Assembly: GCA_040386275.1 (NCBI GenBank)
Contig: JAZKFU010000002.1
Span: 16,858-80,857 of the forward strand
From: Patescibacteria group bacterium
GTDB taxonomy: Bacteria > Patescibacteriota > Minisyncoccia > Phycocordibacterales > UBA918
Direction: 5' to 3'
Length of the DNA: 64,000 bases
A program made the translations under genes and the position numbers. Each line of letters begins with the position of its first letter. The stretch's first letter is position 1. The notes beneath the pieces are model-generated. The model saw only the letters and a list, made by a program, of their open reading frames with translations, was not told the DNA's origin and ran no database searches. Positions 9,082 to 18,796 of the stretch are shown here, piece by piece.

Positions 9082-11280
9082 TTACTCCATATGCAAACTT
9101 TCTCCGAGTTTTGCTACACGAGCGGCAATCAACGGGTAGTCATCAGCAATGTTTGGGTGTTTAGCAACCAGTTGTTGCGCTTCAGTCCGGGCAGCTTCAA
9201 CTAACTTTAAATTTTTAATCGCTTCCATCCCGAGGTCAGACAAGCCTGATTGCTTTTGACCGTACAGTTCACCCGAGCCACGAAAATTTAAATCGTGTTC
9301 AGCTAACTCAAAACCATTTTTAGCAGTAACGAGCGCCTTGAGTCGTTCTTTAGTTTTATCACTTTTACTATCCGTCACTGCAAAGCAGTACGGCTGATGC
9401 GTACCACGCACTACGCGTCCGCGAAGCTGGTGTAATTGCGAAAGGCCAAATCGTTCGGCGCCTTCAATAATGATATTCGTGGCATTGGGCACGTTAACGC
9501 CTACTTCTACCACGGAGGTAGCCACGAGAATATCGAGCTTGTGTTCCGAAAATTCTTTCATGACTTTGTCTTTATCGGCCGGCGTCATTTTGCCGTGTAT
9601 TACGCCGATGGTGTAATCACGAAACTCAGTGGTGGAGAGTCGCTTGGCTTCGGCAACGACAGATTTTAATTGGAGCGCTGTTTGTTTGTCGGGATCCGGT
9701 TCTTCAATCCGCGGACAAATTACATACGCTTGGCGCCCAGATTGTAGTTCACTGCGTACATGTTCGTACATTTTGCCTGATTGTCCCGGTCCGATAATTT
9801 CCGTAATAATTGGTTTGCGTCCCGCTGGCATTTGGTCGAGTAACGTAATATCGAGGTCACCGTAAATGGTGAGGGCGAGAGTGCGGGGAATCGGCGTAGC
9901 GGTCATTGATAATAGATGAGGCATACGCGCATCTTTTTTGGCAAGCTGTTTTCGTTGGTTGGTACCAAAGCGGTGTTGTTCGTCAATAATAACGTAGGCG
10001 AGATGTTTAAACTCCACACTCTTGTAAATGAGTGCATGGGTTCCAATCAAAATCGGTACCTCACCGTTTTTCACCCACTTAAGTAACTGCGCACGTGAGA
10101 TAGGGGTCGGTTTATCCGCATTACTTTTACTCGGAAATTTTTGACACCCGGAACCTGTAATTAAACCGATATTAATTGGAAGGTGTTTAAAATATTCAAT
10201 AAATGATTCAAAGTGTTGTTTGGCTAAAATCTCAGTGGGGGCCATGTAGGCCACTTGTAAATTACCGAAGGCTAAGTCTGCAGTAGAGCCACTGTCTGAC
10301 TTGCGTCCTTCTGGCGGGCGACTGGTTGCTACCGCATAAGCGGTCGTTGCCGCTACTGCTGTTTTTCCACTTCCCACGTCACCCTCGAGTAATCGGGACA
10401 TAGCGTGGTTTTTGGTAAAGTTGTCGATGATAGATTGAATGGAAGTAGTTTGAGCCGGTGTCAGCGCAAAAGGGAAACGGTCGGTAAATTGTTTGAGGTG
10501 TTTCGGGTCGGTGTTTACTTGGTACGTTGACGCTGCTGACACCAACGCGCGATCAATCGCTTTTTGGGTTTGAATATAAAATACTTCCTCAAAGGCAAAC
10601 CGCTTCCGTGCACTGCCGGCATGTTCCGCTTTTTTAGGAGAGTGAATCCATACAAGTGCCGTTTTTAAAACCGGCAGTTTATATTTTTCCAATATCGAGG
10701 GAGGTATCGGGTCCGGCATGTGTTCAAGCACTCCCGCTTCAAAACATTTTAATGCTGTGTGATAAAACCATTTACTCGTGACACCCTTGGTCTCTCGATA
10801 GACAGGGTAAATGGTTTCATCCATGGTGGCGTCAGTGCCTTTAAAAATACTGTCATGTCGGTCAATGGGGAGACTATCGAGTTTTTCTACTTCGGGATTG
10901 GCGATATATAGTTTGCCATCAGTGCCGGTAACTTTTCCGACAAGCTTCACAAACATCCCGTCGCTATACATTTTGGCGAGGTAGGGTTGGTTAAACCACA
11001 TGATTTTAATTTTGGCTGAACCATCTTCAATGTAGCCTTCGGCAATCGGGCGTTTACTTTTCCAAGCTTTGCGTAACTTTAGCCCCGACAGTTGTCCGAA
11101 TACAATCGCTTCTTGGTCTTTCTGCAATCCGCCCACTGATTGTATGTCAGACACATCTTCGTAACGAGCGGGAACGTGCATTAGTAAATCATAGACGGTG
11201 GCGATACCGAGTTTCTTGAGTGCTTTTTGGTGCGGCACATCTATACGAAAGTGAGCAGACAAAAGGTCGGTTGGTTTCAT
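9082..11280 (-). CDS. recG: ATP-dependent DNA helicase RecG
   Basis: RLLEGDVGSGKT, MAPTEILAKQH, DEQHRFG, MTATPIPRTL, QLHQLRGRV. Confidence 0.97.
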   Translation of the reverse strand: MKPTDLLSAHFRIDVPHQKALKKLGIATVYDLLMHVPARYEDVSDIQSVGGLQKDQEAIVFGQLSGLKLRKAWKSKRPIAEGYIEDGSAKIKIMWFNQPYLAKMYSDGMFVKLVGKVTGTDGKLYIANPEVEKLDSLPIDRHDSIFKGTDATMDETIYPVYRETKGVTSKWFYHTALKCFEAGVLEHMPDPIPPSILEKYKLPVLKTALVWIHSPKKAEHAGSARKRFAFEEVFYIQTQKAIDRALVSAASTYQVNTDPKHLKQFTDRFPFALTPAQTTSIQSIIDNFTKNHAMSRLLEGDVGSGKTAVAATTAYAVATSRPPEGRKSDSGSTADLAFGNLQVAYMAPTEILAKQHFESFIEYFKHLPINIGLITGSGCQKFPSKSNADKPTPISRAQLLKWVKNGEVPILIGTHALIYKSVEFKHLAYVIIDEQHRFGTNQRKQLAKKDARMPHLLSMTATPIPRTLALTIYGDLDITLLDQMPAGRKPIITEIIGPGQSGKMYEHVRSELQSGRQAYVICPRIEEPDPDKQTALQLKSVVAEAKRLSTTEFRDYTIGVIHGKMTPADKDKVMKEFSEHKLDILVATSVVEVGVNVPNATNIIIEGAERFGLSQLHQLRGRVVRGTHQPYCFAVTDSKSDKTKERLKALVTAKNGFELAEHDLNFRGSGELYGQKQSGLSDLGMEAIKNLKLVEAARTEAQQLVAKHPNIADDYPLIAARVAKLGESLHME

Positions 11281-11393
11281 ACGGGAATATACTTAGATTA
11301 TACAGTATACTGCTTCTATTGACTTTTGGTATTAAATATGCTACAATTATAATTAGTAAATTGAAACACGGGCAACCAATTGGGAGATTTGCC

Positions 11394-11879
11394 ATGTTCA
11401 CCACAACCCAAGCCTTCATCAAACTCCCCTTCGTTTACGGACGCAAATTTGCGTTCGTTCGGGAGGGAGAAGCAGACATCTTCCTGCCGATTAACATCGT
11501 TCTCAAGAGCGGGTTTCAGGTCGACGAGCTGAAAATCGACGCAACGGTCGAGCTCGAGTACGAGACGGACAAGTTTGGCCGCTACCGCGCGACCATGATT
11601 CATGAAGTCGATGGGAAACTGTCGACCCAACTCTATCGGTGTAACGTCGTCGACCGTCACGGAGATCTCGCGATCATCAAGGTGGTCGATATCACGTCTT
11701 TCTATGCGATCGCCTATCGGGTCATCGACAAGGAGGGGTGCAAGAAATCTTCGCACCCCACGCTTGCGGCCGCCCGCGCTTCCATCGGACGCGTCATCGA
11801 AACACCGCAGGCTGTCGGTCATGGTCGCAAGACCAATGTCATCAAGGTGATGGAGGACAAGAAGAAAAAGGCCGCTTAG
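11394..11879 (+). CDS. hypothetical protein with N-terminal cold-shock/OB-like domain
   Basis: KFAFVREGEADIFLP...GF...L...VELEY...GRYRAT resembles the CSD RNP1/RNP2 pattern; GGGAG SD; GC-rich codons. Confidence 0.55.
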   Translation: MFTTTQAFIKLPFVYGRKFAFVREGEADIFLPINIVLKSGFQVDELKIDATVELEYETDKFGRYRATMIHEVDGKLSTQLYRCNVVDRHGDLAIIKVVDITSFYAIAYRVIDKEGCKKSSHPTLAAARASIGRVIETPQAVGHGRKTNVIKVMEDKKKKAA

Positions 11880-12034
11880 GCCAACAACAAGCTCATTCAG
11901 TCTATTCTGTACACATTGTGTACAAATATGACTGAGTGAGTTTTTTCGTTTCCATCACTTTACAAATAACGAGCTTCTCTATATATTAATCAAATTGGTT
12001 GCAATGACGCGCCATGTTCTTTACAGGAGGAATC

Positions 12035-12403
12035 ATGAAGCTTCTGTTTTTCCGTGCGCTTTCGGCTATTGCCGCGTTCGCACTCCTGATTGCGTTCTCG
12101 CCAGGGCCTGAGATTCAGCTCGCGCTTGCTGTGCTCGTGGCGACCGCAACCGTCGTGCTGGCGGTACCCTGGAAATCGAACATCTTCTTTACCGTCGTCG
12201 ACGACCTGACCGGACATGGACACATCACGCAGACCGCGGTGGATGGTCATGGCCCGCCTCGTTGGCTCTTCTTCATGTTGACCCTCTGGGCGCTTGTCCT
12301 GGCGACGTGGAGTCGTATCGAACGCACCGTTATGAAGCTTGCATCATCGGCCGGCCATCGCCTGGCGCAGACCAACACCTCGGCGCAACCCTTGCCGTCG
12401 TGA
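12035..12403 (+). CDS. hypothetical membrane protein
   Basis: AGGAGG SD, hydrophobic segments, GC-rich. Confidence 0.6.
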   Translation: MKLLFFRALSAIAAFALLIAFSPGPEIQLALAVLVATATVVLAVPWKSNIFFTVVDDLTGHGHITQTAVDGHGPPRWLFFMLTLWALVLATWSRIERTVMKLASSAGHRLAQTNTSAQPLPS

Positions 12404-12550
12404 CAATATTCCTAGGGGCGCATCATGCGCCCCTAGACCCACCGACTCGTATGTCATTTTCTAAATGAAAAGACACTCGAGTCTTTTCTTTTGTCTGATT
12501 TTTTAACTAATTACTAAACGTACTTGTGCACGTATTAAGCTTGTAATGTT

Positions 12551-12579
12551 TTGACAATTTAAAAAACGGGGCGTACTAT
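12551..12579 (+). promoter_or_regulatory. sigma70-type promoter
   Basis: TTGACA-17 nt-TACTAT. Confidence 0.7.
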
Positions 12580-12661
12580 AAATTTGGCACGTACACAAGG
12601 GGCGGCCAAGCAACTGGGTTCACACCCAAAGTAGTAACATTCTCAGAGATGAGGGATACCA

Positions 12662-12757
12662 ATGAATGCACCTGTTGTTCTTTTGACCTTTGGTCAGCCT
12701 GGCGATCCGGAAGCGGTTCGCACGAAGCTTCGCTTTGGGCTGTTCCAAAGGCAGTGA
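12662..12757 (+). CDS. candidate 31-aa small protein MNAPVVLLTFGQPGDPEAVRTKLRFGLFQRQ
   Basis: GAGGGA SD upstream; lies between promoter 12551 and terminator 12855-12877. Confidence 0.4.
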   Translation: MNAPVVLLTFGQPGDPEAVRTKLRFGLFQRQ

Positions 12758-12906
12758 GCACTGGCGCTTGCGTAAGGCCGTGACGTTGTCACACACATAC
12801 GGGACGGAGCGCAAGCTCCGTCCCTACTTTCCTCCATAGAGTAACGATACAATCCCCGCACTAGCGCGGGCTTTTTTGTTTCTGGTATACTAGGGTATTA
12901 ATTTTT

Positions 12907-14154
12907 ATGTCTATGCCAAATCAGAAAAAAGCTGGTGTTAAAAAAGCGGTAAAAAAAGAAACGGTAACCAACGTAGTATCTAAAAAGGTGGCCAATAAAT
13001 CTGCTCCCACTGCCAAGAAAAAAGACTACAATAAATTAGCCCTCGCACTCCATAAAAAACTAAAAGGTAAGTTGTCAGTAGTGAGTAAAGGCAAGCTCGA
13101 AACGCGCGATGAGTGGAGTACGATGTACAGTCCAGGGGTTGGTGCTGTTTCTTCATATCTCGCTAAGCATCCAAAAGAAGCGCGTGAGTATACGATTAAG
13201 AAAAATACGGTCGCTGTTATTTCTGATGGATCAGCGGTACTGGGCTTGGGTAACCTCGGTGCCCTCGCTGCGTTGCCGGTGATGGAGGGGAAGTGTGCCA
13301 TTTTTAAAGAAATGGCCGGTGTCGATGCATTTCCGATTGTGCTTGATACACAAGATCCCGAAGAGATTATTAAAATTGTAAAAGCAATTGCGCCGACTTT
13401 TGGGGGGATTAACCTCGAAGATATTTCAGCGCCGAATTGTTTTGTGATTGAAGAGCGTTTAAAGAAAGAACTTGATATTCCTGTCATGCATGATGACCAA
13501 CATGGAACGGCCATAGTGGTCTTGGCTGGTTTGATTAATGCGAGTAAGGTGGTGGGTAAAAAATTAGAGGCACTCAAGGTAGTGATTGTGGGCGCTGGGG
13601 CTGCCGGACGTGCTGTCACGCTCATGTTACAAAAAGCCGGTATTACGCACATAATTGTCACGGACAGTAAAGGAGCAATTTACACTGGCCGGCCTGACTT
13701 AACGGGATACAAAAAAGAATTAGCTAGTACCACCAATCCCGAAAAATTAATGGGCGATGTGATGAACGTTGTTGCGGGAGCTGATGTGATTGTAGGGGTG
13801 TCAGGACCAGGCACTATTGCGCCTGCGCATATTGAAAAGATGGCTCCTAACGCCATAGTGTTTGCGCTTGCTAACCCAATTCCGGAAATAATGCCTGAAG
13901 ACGCTAAGCGCGCCGGGGCGGCGGTGGTAGCAACCGGCCGAAGCGACTACGCTAATCAAGTAAACAACTCACTGGCATTCCCGGGAGTATTTCGAGGAGC
14001 GCTTGATCGAAATGTGCGCGCCATTACCGATGATATGAAATTAGCGGCTGCTAAAAAAATTGCGAGCTTGGTAAAAAACCCGACCGCTGAGATGGTGATT
14101 CCACCCGTGATGACGCCGGGGTTAGTGAAAGCGGTAGCGAGCGTGATTCGATAG
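12907..14154 (+). CDS. NAD(P)-dependent malic enzyme
   Basis: VISDGSAVLGLG, PVMEGK, GGINLEDI, HDDQHGTA, GAGAAG, ATGRSD, NQVNN. Confidence 0.93.
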   Translation: MSMPNQKKAGVKKAVKKETVTNVVSKKVANKSAPTAKKKDYNKLALALHKKLKGKLSVVSKGKLETRDEWSTMYSPGVGAVSSYLAKHPKEAREYTIKKNTVAVISDGSAVLGLGNLGALAALPVMEGKCAIFKEMAGVDAFPIVLDTQDPEEIIKIVKAIAPTFGGINLEDISAPNCFVIEERLKKELDIPVMHDDQHGTAIVVLAGLINASKVVGKKLEALKVVIVGAGAAGRAVTLMLQKAGITHIIVTDSKGAIYTGRPDLTGYKKELASTTNPEKLMGDVMNVVAGADVIVGVSGPGTIAPAHIEKMAPNAIVFALANPIPEIMPEDAKRAGAAVVATGRSDYANQVNNSLAFPGVFRGALDRNVRAITDDMKLAAAKKIASLVKNPTAEMVIPPVMTPGLVKAVASVIR

Positions 14155-14219
14155 TACTTCTGAAAACAAGTGTAAGAAAAATCCAGACCGCGAAAGTCTG
14201 GAAGTTGCAACGACGGCAT

Positions 14220-14408
14220 TTAATCGTAGTCGTGTTCGGTATCGTCATCGCCAGGAATACCTGAGCCAAATTGCGGTATCAGTACCACCGCCTCTTGTGC
14301 ATGGTGCGTGCAGGCACAACCTTTACCCAAAGGTATCTGTAGCGTGCAACCGCTCACCAAACATTTCATTGTTTCTGTGCCTTCGGCACTGGGGGTATCT
14401 GTCGTCAT
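14220..14408 (-). CDS. small Cys/His-containing hypothetical protein
   Basis: AAGGGAG SD; C-x4-C...CACTHH, acidic tail. Confidence 0.4.
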   Translation of the reverse strand: MTTDTPSAEGTETMKCLVSGCTLQIPLGKGCACTHHAQEAVVLIPQFGSGIPGDDDTEHDYD

Positions 14409-14458
14409 ATTTTTCTCCCTTTACTTCTACTGTCAATTATACAAAATATTCGTAGGGA

Positions 14459-15775
14459 TTACTTGGTGGTAGTTTTTTCTACCGAAGTGTAATGAGCACT
14501 TAATTTTTTATACGCCGGAGAATACAGCGCTATCAAACTTACCACCAATCCAATTGCACCCGCACACATAAATACCAAAGCAATACCTCGATCTGCTCCT
14601 ACCCCAAACCAGTCACCGATAAGCGCCACTCCCGCACCCGTTGTCATAAACGGAATAAACATAAACTGAGCAATGGGGCCAATCATAAAGGTGGTGATCG
14701 GTGAAGCAGCCGATTCAACACTCTGCGCAAACCCAAACACGCGACCCTGTCTTTCAAACGGGACAATTTTTTGAATCACCGTTTGTTCAGCTGCTTCAGC
14801 AATAGGCATCAACGTCAGCCAGACCAGCATCCCAAAGGCCAAGAGAATAATTGACGGTTGTAGCGGAAAAATTAAACAGCTGGTCCAGGAAATAATATTA
14901 ACGACCATAATGGTCCGGAGTGGTTTACTGCCAATACCACGCTTAGCGACGTAGGTGCTGCCGGCAATAATAGCAAAACTCATCACACCCCACATAAACC
15001 CCCAGGTTTGCACCGATACCAACGCTAATCCATAGGCGTCCATTAATGCCATAAACACCCCACCGAGAAAATTATTAATAGTGTTAAAAAAGATCAACGC
15101 CATGAGTCCCGGCACTGCGAGGATAATAGCAATCGTTCCTCGCACGTCCATCTTTTTTGGTTTTTCTTTTGTATGGATAATTTCAGGTTCCGGAATAGTA
15201 ATGGTGAACAAGTGGATGAGGGCAACTGCCGTCGCAATAACTGCTACCCATAGCGCCACTTCCATACCGTAAAAGCCAATTGTTAGTCCACTTAATACCG
15301 ACGTGATAGAAAATGATAATCCTTGTACGGCGCCAACCAGGCCGTTAGCCTTGTCTTTGTCGGTTGTGAACAGTAGGGTAACGATAGTGGAGAGGGCGAT
15401 GGTCCGCAAATTGCCCGCCACTGTACCCATCATCAAAATAATAACAAGTCCCCATAACCAAACTGAGCGAGCATCAGATAAACTTCCTTCTGGAGCAATA
15501 GAGTAGACTAAGAGTCCCAGGGTAAAAGCCAGTAACGTAGCAATACTCGAAATAGTCATAGCCCGTTTTTTGTAATTGTGATCAACAATACTGCCAAAGA
15601 ATATAGCTCCAAACATATTAGTAATGGCAAAAATCCCGGCAATAAAAGACGCCACTACTACCGAGCGAGTTTCAATAATCGCCCAAAAGGTGAGAGCAAA
15701 CCACACAAAGTTATTGGTCACCGTAGCAATCAGTGTGTTCCCAAGAATTTTATAAAATATCGGATAGTTGTTCAT
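14459..15775 (-). CDS. MFS transporter
   Basis: About 12 TM helices, GSIVDH motif-A-like loop, QGRVFG. Confidence 0.9.
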   Translation of the reverse strand: MNNYPIFYKILGNTLIATVTNNFVWFALTFWAIIETRSVVVASFIAGIFAITNMFGAIFFGSIVDHNYKKRAMTISSIATLLAFTLGLLVYSIAPEGSLSDARSVWLWGLVIILMMGTVAGNLRTIALSTIVTLLFTTDKDKANGLVGAVQGLSFSITSVLSGLTIGFYGMEVALWVAVIATAVALIHLFTITIPEPEIIHTKEKPKKMDVRGTIAIILAVPGLMALIFFNTINNFLGGVFMALMDAYGLALVSVQTWGFMWGVMSFAIIAGSTYVAKRGIGSKPLRTIMVVNIISWTSCLIFPLQPSIILLAFGMLVWLTLMPIAEAAEQTVIQKIVPFERQGRVFGFAQSVESAASPITTFMIGPIAQFMFIPFMTTGAGVALIGDWFGVGADRGIALVFMCAGAIGLVVSLIALYSPAYKKLSAHYTSVEKTTTK

Positions 15776-15858
15776 ATAAGTAGTCCAAAGTATAACATTT
15801 TGTATATACCGTCAATTTCTGGTATTCTCTTGCTACAGAAAGTGAAGTGAAGAATGTT

Positions 15859-15945
15859 GGAGAAGTGTCAGAGTGGTCTATCGTGTTTCCTTGCTAAGGA
15901 AATAGGGGTTTGCGCCCCTCGGAGGTTCGAATCCTCTCTTCTCCG
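15859..15945 (+). tRNA. tRNA-Ser (GCT)
   Basis: ggagaag/cttctcc, tttcc-tt GCT aa-ggaaa, long variable arm, G discriminator. Confidence 0.93.
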
Positions 15946-16241
15946 CAAATACCAAAACCCAAACAAAGCCTAAGCTTTGTTTGGGTTTTGTTGTATTTGC
16001 GCGAGAAGAGAGGATTCGAAAAGGTTGCCAGCTATTTTGCAAAAATAGCGACTGTCAATTGAGCGAGCGTTATAAAAATTTATTTTTATAACCGAGTGAA
16101 AGCAGACAGAAAGCTCTGCTTACAACCTATACTGGTCTGTAAGCAGAGCTTTCTTTCACTGCATTCGCAACATAAATAAAAGTAAATTTTTTATTTAGTT
16201 ACTCATTTGTGAAAGTAACAACCGAATCCTCTCTTCTCCGC
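15945..16241 (+). repeat. tRNA-anchored module A (hairpin, inverted 3' copy 16003-16020, spacer, direct 3' copy 16223-16241)
   Basis: gagaagagaggattcgaa is the reverse complement of ttcgaatcctctcttctc; direct cgaatcctctcttctccgc. Confidence 0.9.
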
Positions 16242-16293
16242 GTTTGAACCACCTCCTGGTGGTTATTTTCTTACGGGGGAATACGCAAGTAAA

Positions 16294-16503
16294 CTACTCG
16301 CTTTCATTTCGAGGTGTATTACTTCCCGGAGTTTTCTTGGGGTTAATTTTCTTAGTTTTCTCTAAAAGGTCTTCTTCAGTAAACAAAATATTTTCAATCG
16401 CAAACGACGAGCGCTGACTGGCGGTTGATCTTGATTTTGAGGATTTTTTATCAAGTGACGGGACGGAAAAGGTCCGCGTAGTTTTTTGGATAATTTTTTT
16501 CAT
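16294..16503 (-). CDS. small basic hypothetical protein
   Basis: 69-aa ORF starting 2 nt after the recQ stop. Confidence 0.4.
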   Translation of the reverse strand: MKKIIQKTTRTFSVPSLDKKSSKSRSTASQRSSFAIENILFTEEDLLEKTKKINPKKTPGSNTPRNESE

Positions 16504-16505
16504 AC

Positions 16506-17987
16506 CTATTTAGTATACTCGGAAATTGCATTCATAAACACCTCGCCAAATTGAGTGAGCTTTTTCTCACCGACTCCGTTAATTGCTAAAAAATCAGCAG
16601 GGTTCGTGGGCTGATGATGAGCGAGTTCTCGTAGCGTCTTATCACCAAACACAATATACGCCGGGACACCTAAGCGAGTAGCTTCAAGCGTGCGTACCTG
16701 GCGTAACACTTCAAATAAATCTGTATCGTAGTTAATATCGGGGAGGGCAACCAATGATTTGGGCGCTTTAGCTTTTTTAAGTGTGGCGTGTACGAAGGGT
16801 GTGCCTGGGGTGCAAGTGTCGCAATTGCCACAATTACTCACTGAAAAGTCTTCATTAAAGTATTGAAGTAAAAACTTTCGCCGGCACGCTCTCATAGTGC
16901 CGTACTCAACAGATTGATTTAAGTTATTTTGGACGTGGATTTTTTCATCGGAATCCGCTAACTGTCGAATAAAGAAATCGTGTTTAAATTTATCAGCCGC
17001 CGAGTATAAAAGTACACAACGGGCAGGCAACCCATCACGACCGGCTCGTCCGGTTTCTTGGTAATAGCCTTCAATTGATTTAGGTAAGCTGTGGTGAATC
17101 ACTAATCGTACATCAGGTTTATCAATACCCATTCCAAAGGCAATGGTAGCCACCATAATCTGGATTTCATCACGAATAAATTTTTCCTGATTTTCTCGCC
17201 TTCTATCAGCTCCCAGTCCTGCATGATAGGTTCCGGCTTTATATCCATAGGCGGATAATTTTTCAGCAATTGATTCGGTGTCTTTGCGTGAAAAGCAGTA
17301 AATAATAATACTTTGTTCCGGATGACTGGCGACCAGGGTGGCTATGGTTTTAAAAGAGTCTTTTTTAGGTAATACTTCGTATCGTAGATTCGGACGATTA
17401 AAACTAGACGTGAATATTTTAGGGGTGGGCAAATCAAGTTGCTGCACAATATCAGCCTGCACTTTTTTGGTGGCGGTAGCGGTAAGGGCAATAATCGGAA
17501 TATTCGGAAATTTTGACCGTAAATATTTTAAGTTGCGGTATTCTGGCCTAAAATCATGGCCCCATTCGGAAATACAGTGCGCTTCATCAATCGCAAAGAG
17601 ACAGATAGGGAGCGTGTGTAGCAATGCTTCAAATGATGACATGGCTAACCGCTCCGGGGCAATGTACAGAATTTTAATAATTCCCTGTTTGGTTTTTTCT
17701 ATAACTATATCAATTTCGTCACGTCCCATACTACTGTTGATCATAGCGGCACTAATACCATTGCCCGCAAGCGCGTCCACTTGATCCTTCATGAGGGAAA
17801 TAAGGGGAGAGACAACGACGGTCAGTCCGTCTTGCAAAAGAGCAGGTAATTGAAAACAGAGTGATTTTCCACCTCCGGTTGGCATCAGTACGACACAATC
17901 TTTTTTATCAAGTACGGTTTGAATAATGTCTTGTTGCAAAGGCCTAAAGGTGTCATAACCAAAATATTGTTTAAGAGTAGCGTGCAT
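16506..17987 (-). CDS. recQ: ATP-dependent DNA helicase RecQ (compact, with HRDC)
   Basis: MPTGGGKSLC, DEAHCISEWGHDFRP, QETGRAGRDG, Zn-binding CRR...CGNCDTC, HRDC. Confidence 0.95.
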   Translation of the reverse strand: MHATLKQYFGYDTFRPLQQDIIQTVLDKKDCVVLMPTGGGKSLCFQLPALLQDGLTVVVSPLISLMKDQVDALAGNGISAAMINSSMGRDEIDIVIEKTKQGIIKILYIAPERLAMSSFEALLHTLPICLFAIDEAHCISEWGHDFRPEYRNLKYLRSKFPNIPIIALTATATKKVQADIVQQLDLPTPKIFTSSFNRPNLRYEVLPKKDSFKTIATLVASHPEQSIIIYCFSRKDTESIAEKLSAYGYKAGTYHAGLGADRRRENQEKFIRDEIQIMVATIAFGMGIDKPDVRLVIHHSLPKSIEGYYQETGRAGRDGLPARCVLLYSAADKFKHDFFIRQLADSDEKIHVQNNLNQSVEYGTMRACRRKFLLQYFNEDFSVSNCGNCDTCTPGTPFVHATLKKAKAPKSLVALPDINYDTDLFEVLRQVRTLEATRLGVPAYIVFGDKTLRELAHHQPTNPADFLAINGVGEKKLTQFGEVFMNAISEYTK

Positions 17988-18074
17988 AACCAGGTACAGT
18001 ATATACTAAATAGGATATGACACTAGAAATGAAAAAAGCAGTATTTTTAGGGTTACAATGTAATTCAAATATCT

Positions 18075-18575
18075 ATGAATAAAAAAGCAACTCTAGCAGG
18101 GGGATGTTTCTGGGGCTTAGAAGACCTCCTTCGTGACCAAACCGGAGTAATTACCACTGAAGCTGGTTATACCGGAGGAACAAACGATAATCCCACCTAT
18201 CAACATCACCCCGGTCACGCAGAAGCCGTAGAAATTACCTATAACCCCGAGATTATTTCGTATAAGCAACTATTAGATTTCTTCTTCCAAATTCATAATC
18301 CCACCACGCTTAATCAGCAGGGTAATGACCGCGGCACAGCCTACCGCTCAGCTATTTTTTATGGCAATGAGGAAGAAAAAGCGATAGCGCACGAGATGAT
18401 TGGTATTGTAAACGACTCAAAACGCTGGGATGCACCGGTGGTTACCACGCTTGAACCGCTAACCACTTTTTGGCCAGCCGAAGACTATCACCAAGATTAC
18501 CTCATTAAAAATCCCGGAGGTTATACCTGCCACGCCATCTACTTTGATAGTTATTTGAAAACTAAGCCCCTATAG
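18075..18575 (+). CDS. msrA: peptide-methionine (S)-S-oxide reductase
   Basis: GGCFWG, GHAEAV, QGNDRGTAYRS, AEDYHQDY. Confidence 0.95.
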   Translation: MNKKATLAGGCFWGLEDLLRDQTGVITTEAGYTGGTNDNPTYQHHPGHAEAVEITYNPEIISYKQLLDFFFQIHNPTTLNQQGNDRGTAYRSAIFYGNEEEKAIAHEMIGIVNDSKRWDAPVVTTLEPLTTFWPAEDYHQDYLIKNPGGYTCHAIYFDSYLKTKPL

Positions 18576-18583
18576 TCTATACT
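18555..18583 (+). promoter_or_regulatory. promoter for the tRNA-Ser(ACT) leader
   Basis: TTGAAA-17 nt-TATACT. Confidence 0.6.
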
Positions 18584-18709
18584 GACGAGCGTCCAGGGAG
18601 GACTTGCCCAGTGGGTAAAACATGAACTGCTTCATGTTTTACCGCGTAGCGAGGCAGACACGAGGCCAATCTCTCTGCAGGGCGACAATTTGAACGAAGT
18701 GAATATACT

Positions 18710-18796
18710 GGAGGATTGGCCGAGTGGCTGAAGGCAGCGGTTTACTAAACCGCCAGAGGGTAAAACTTCTCGTGAGTTCGAATCTCACATCCTCCG
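18710..18796 (+). tRNA. tRNA-Ser (anticodon ACT)
   Basis: ggaggat/atcctcc, gcggt-tt ACT aa-accgc, long variable arm, G73 (serine identity elements). Confidence 0.88.

Noticed and set aside
13026-13661. Long antisense ORFs (13026-13661, 56628-57263, 11316-11822 and others)
   Set aside because: Shadow frames of well-supported genes on the opposite strand, with no recognisable motifs.
15926-16241. Prophage or genomic island attL/attR at tRNAs
   Set aside because: Direct repeats are only about 160-300 nt apart, there is no integrase, and a simple att model does not explain the inverted copy. It remains possible as a remote origin.
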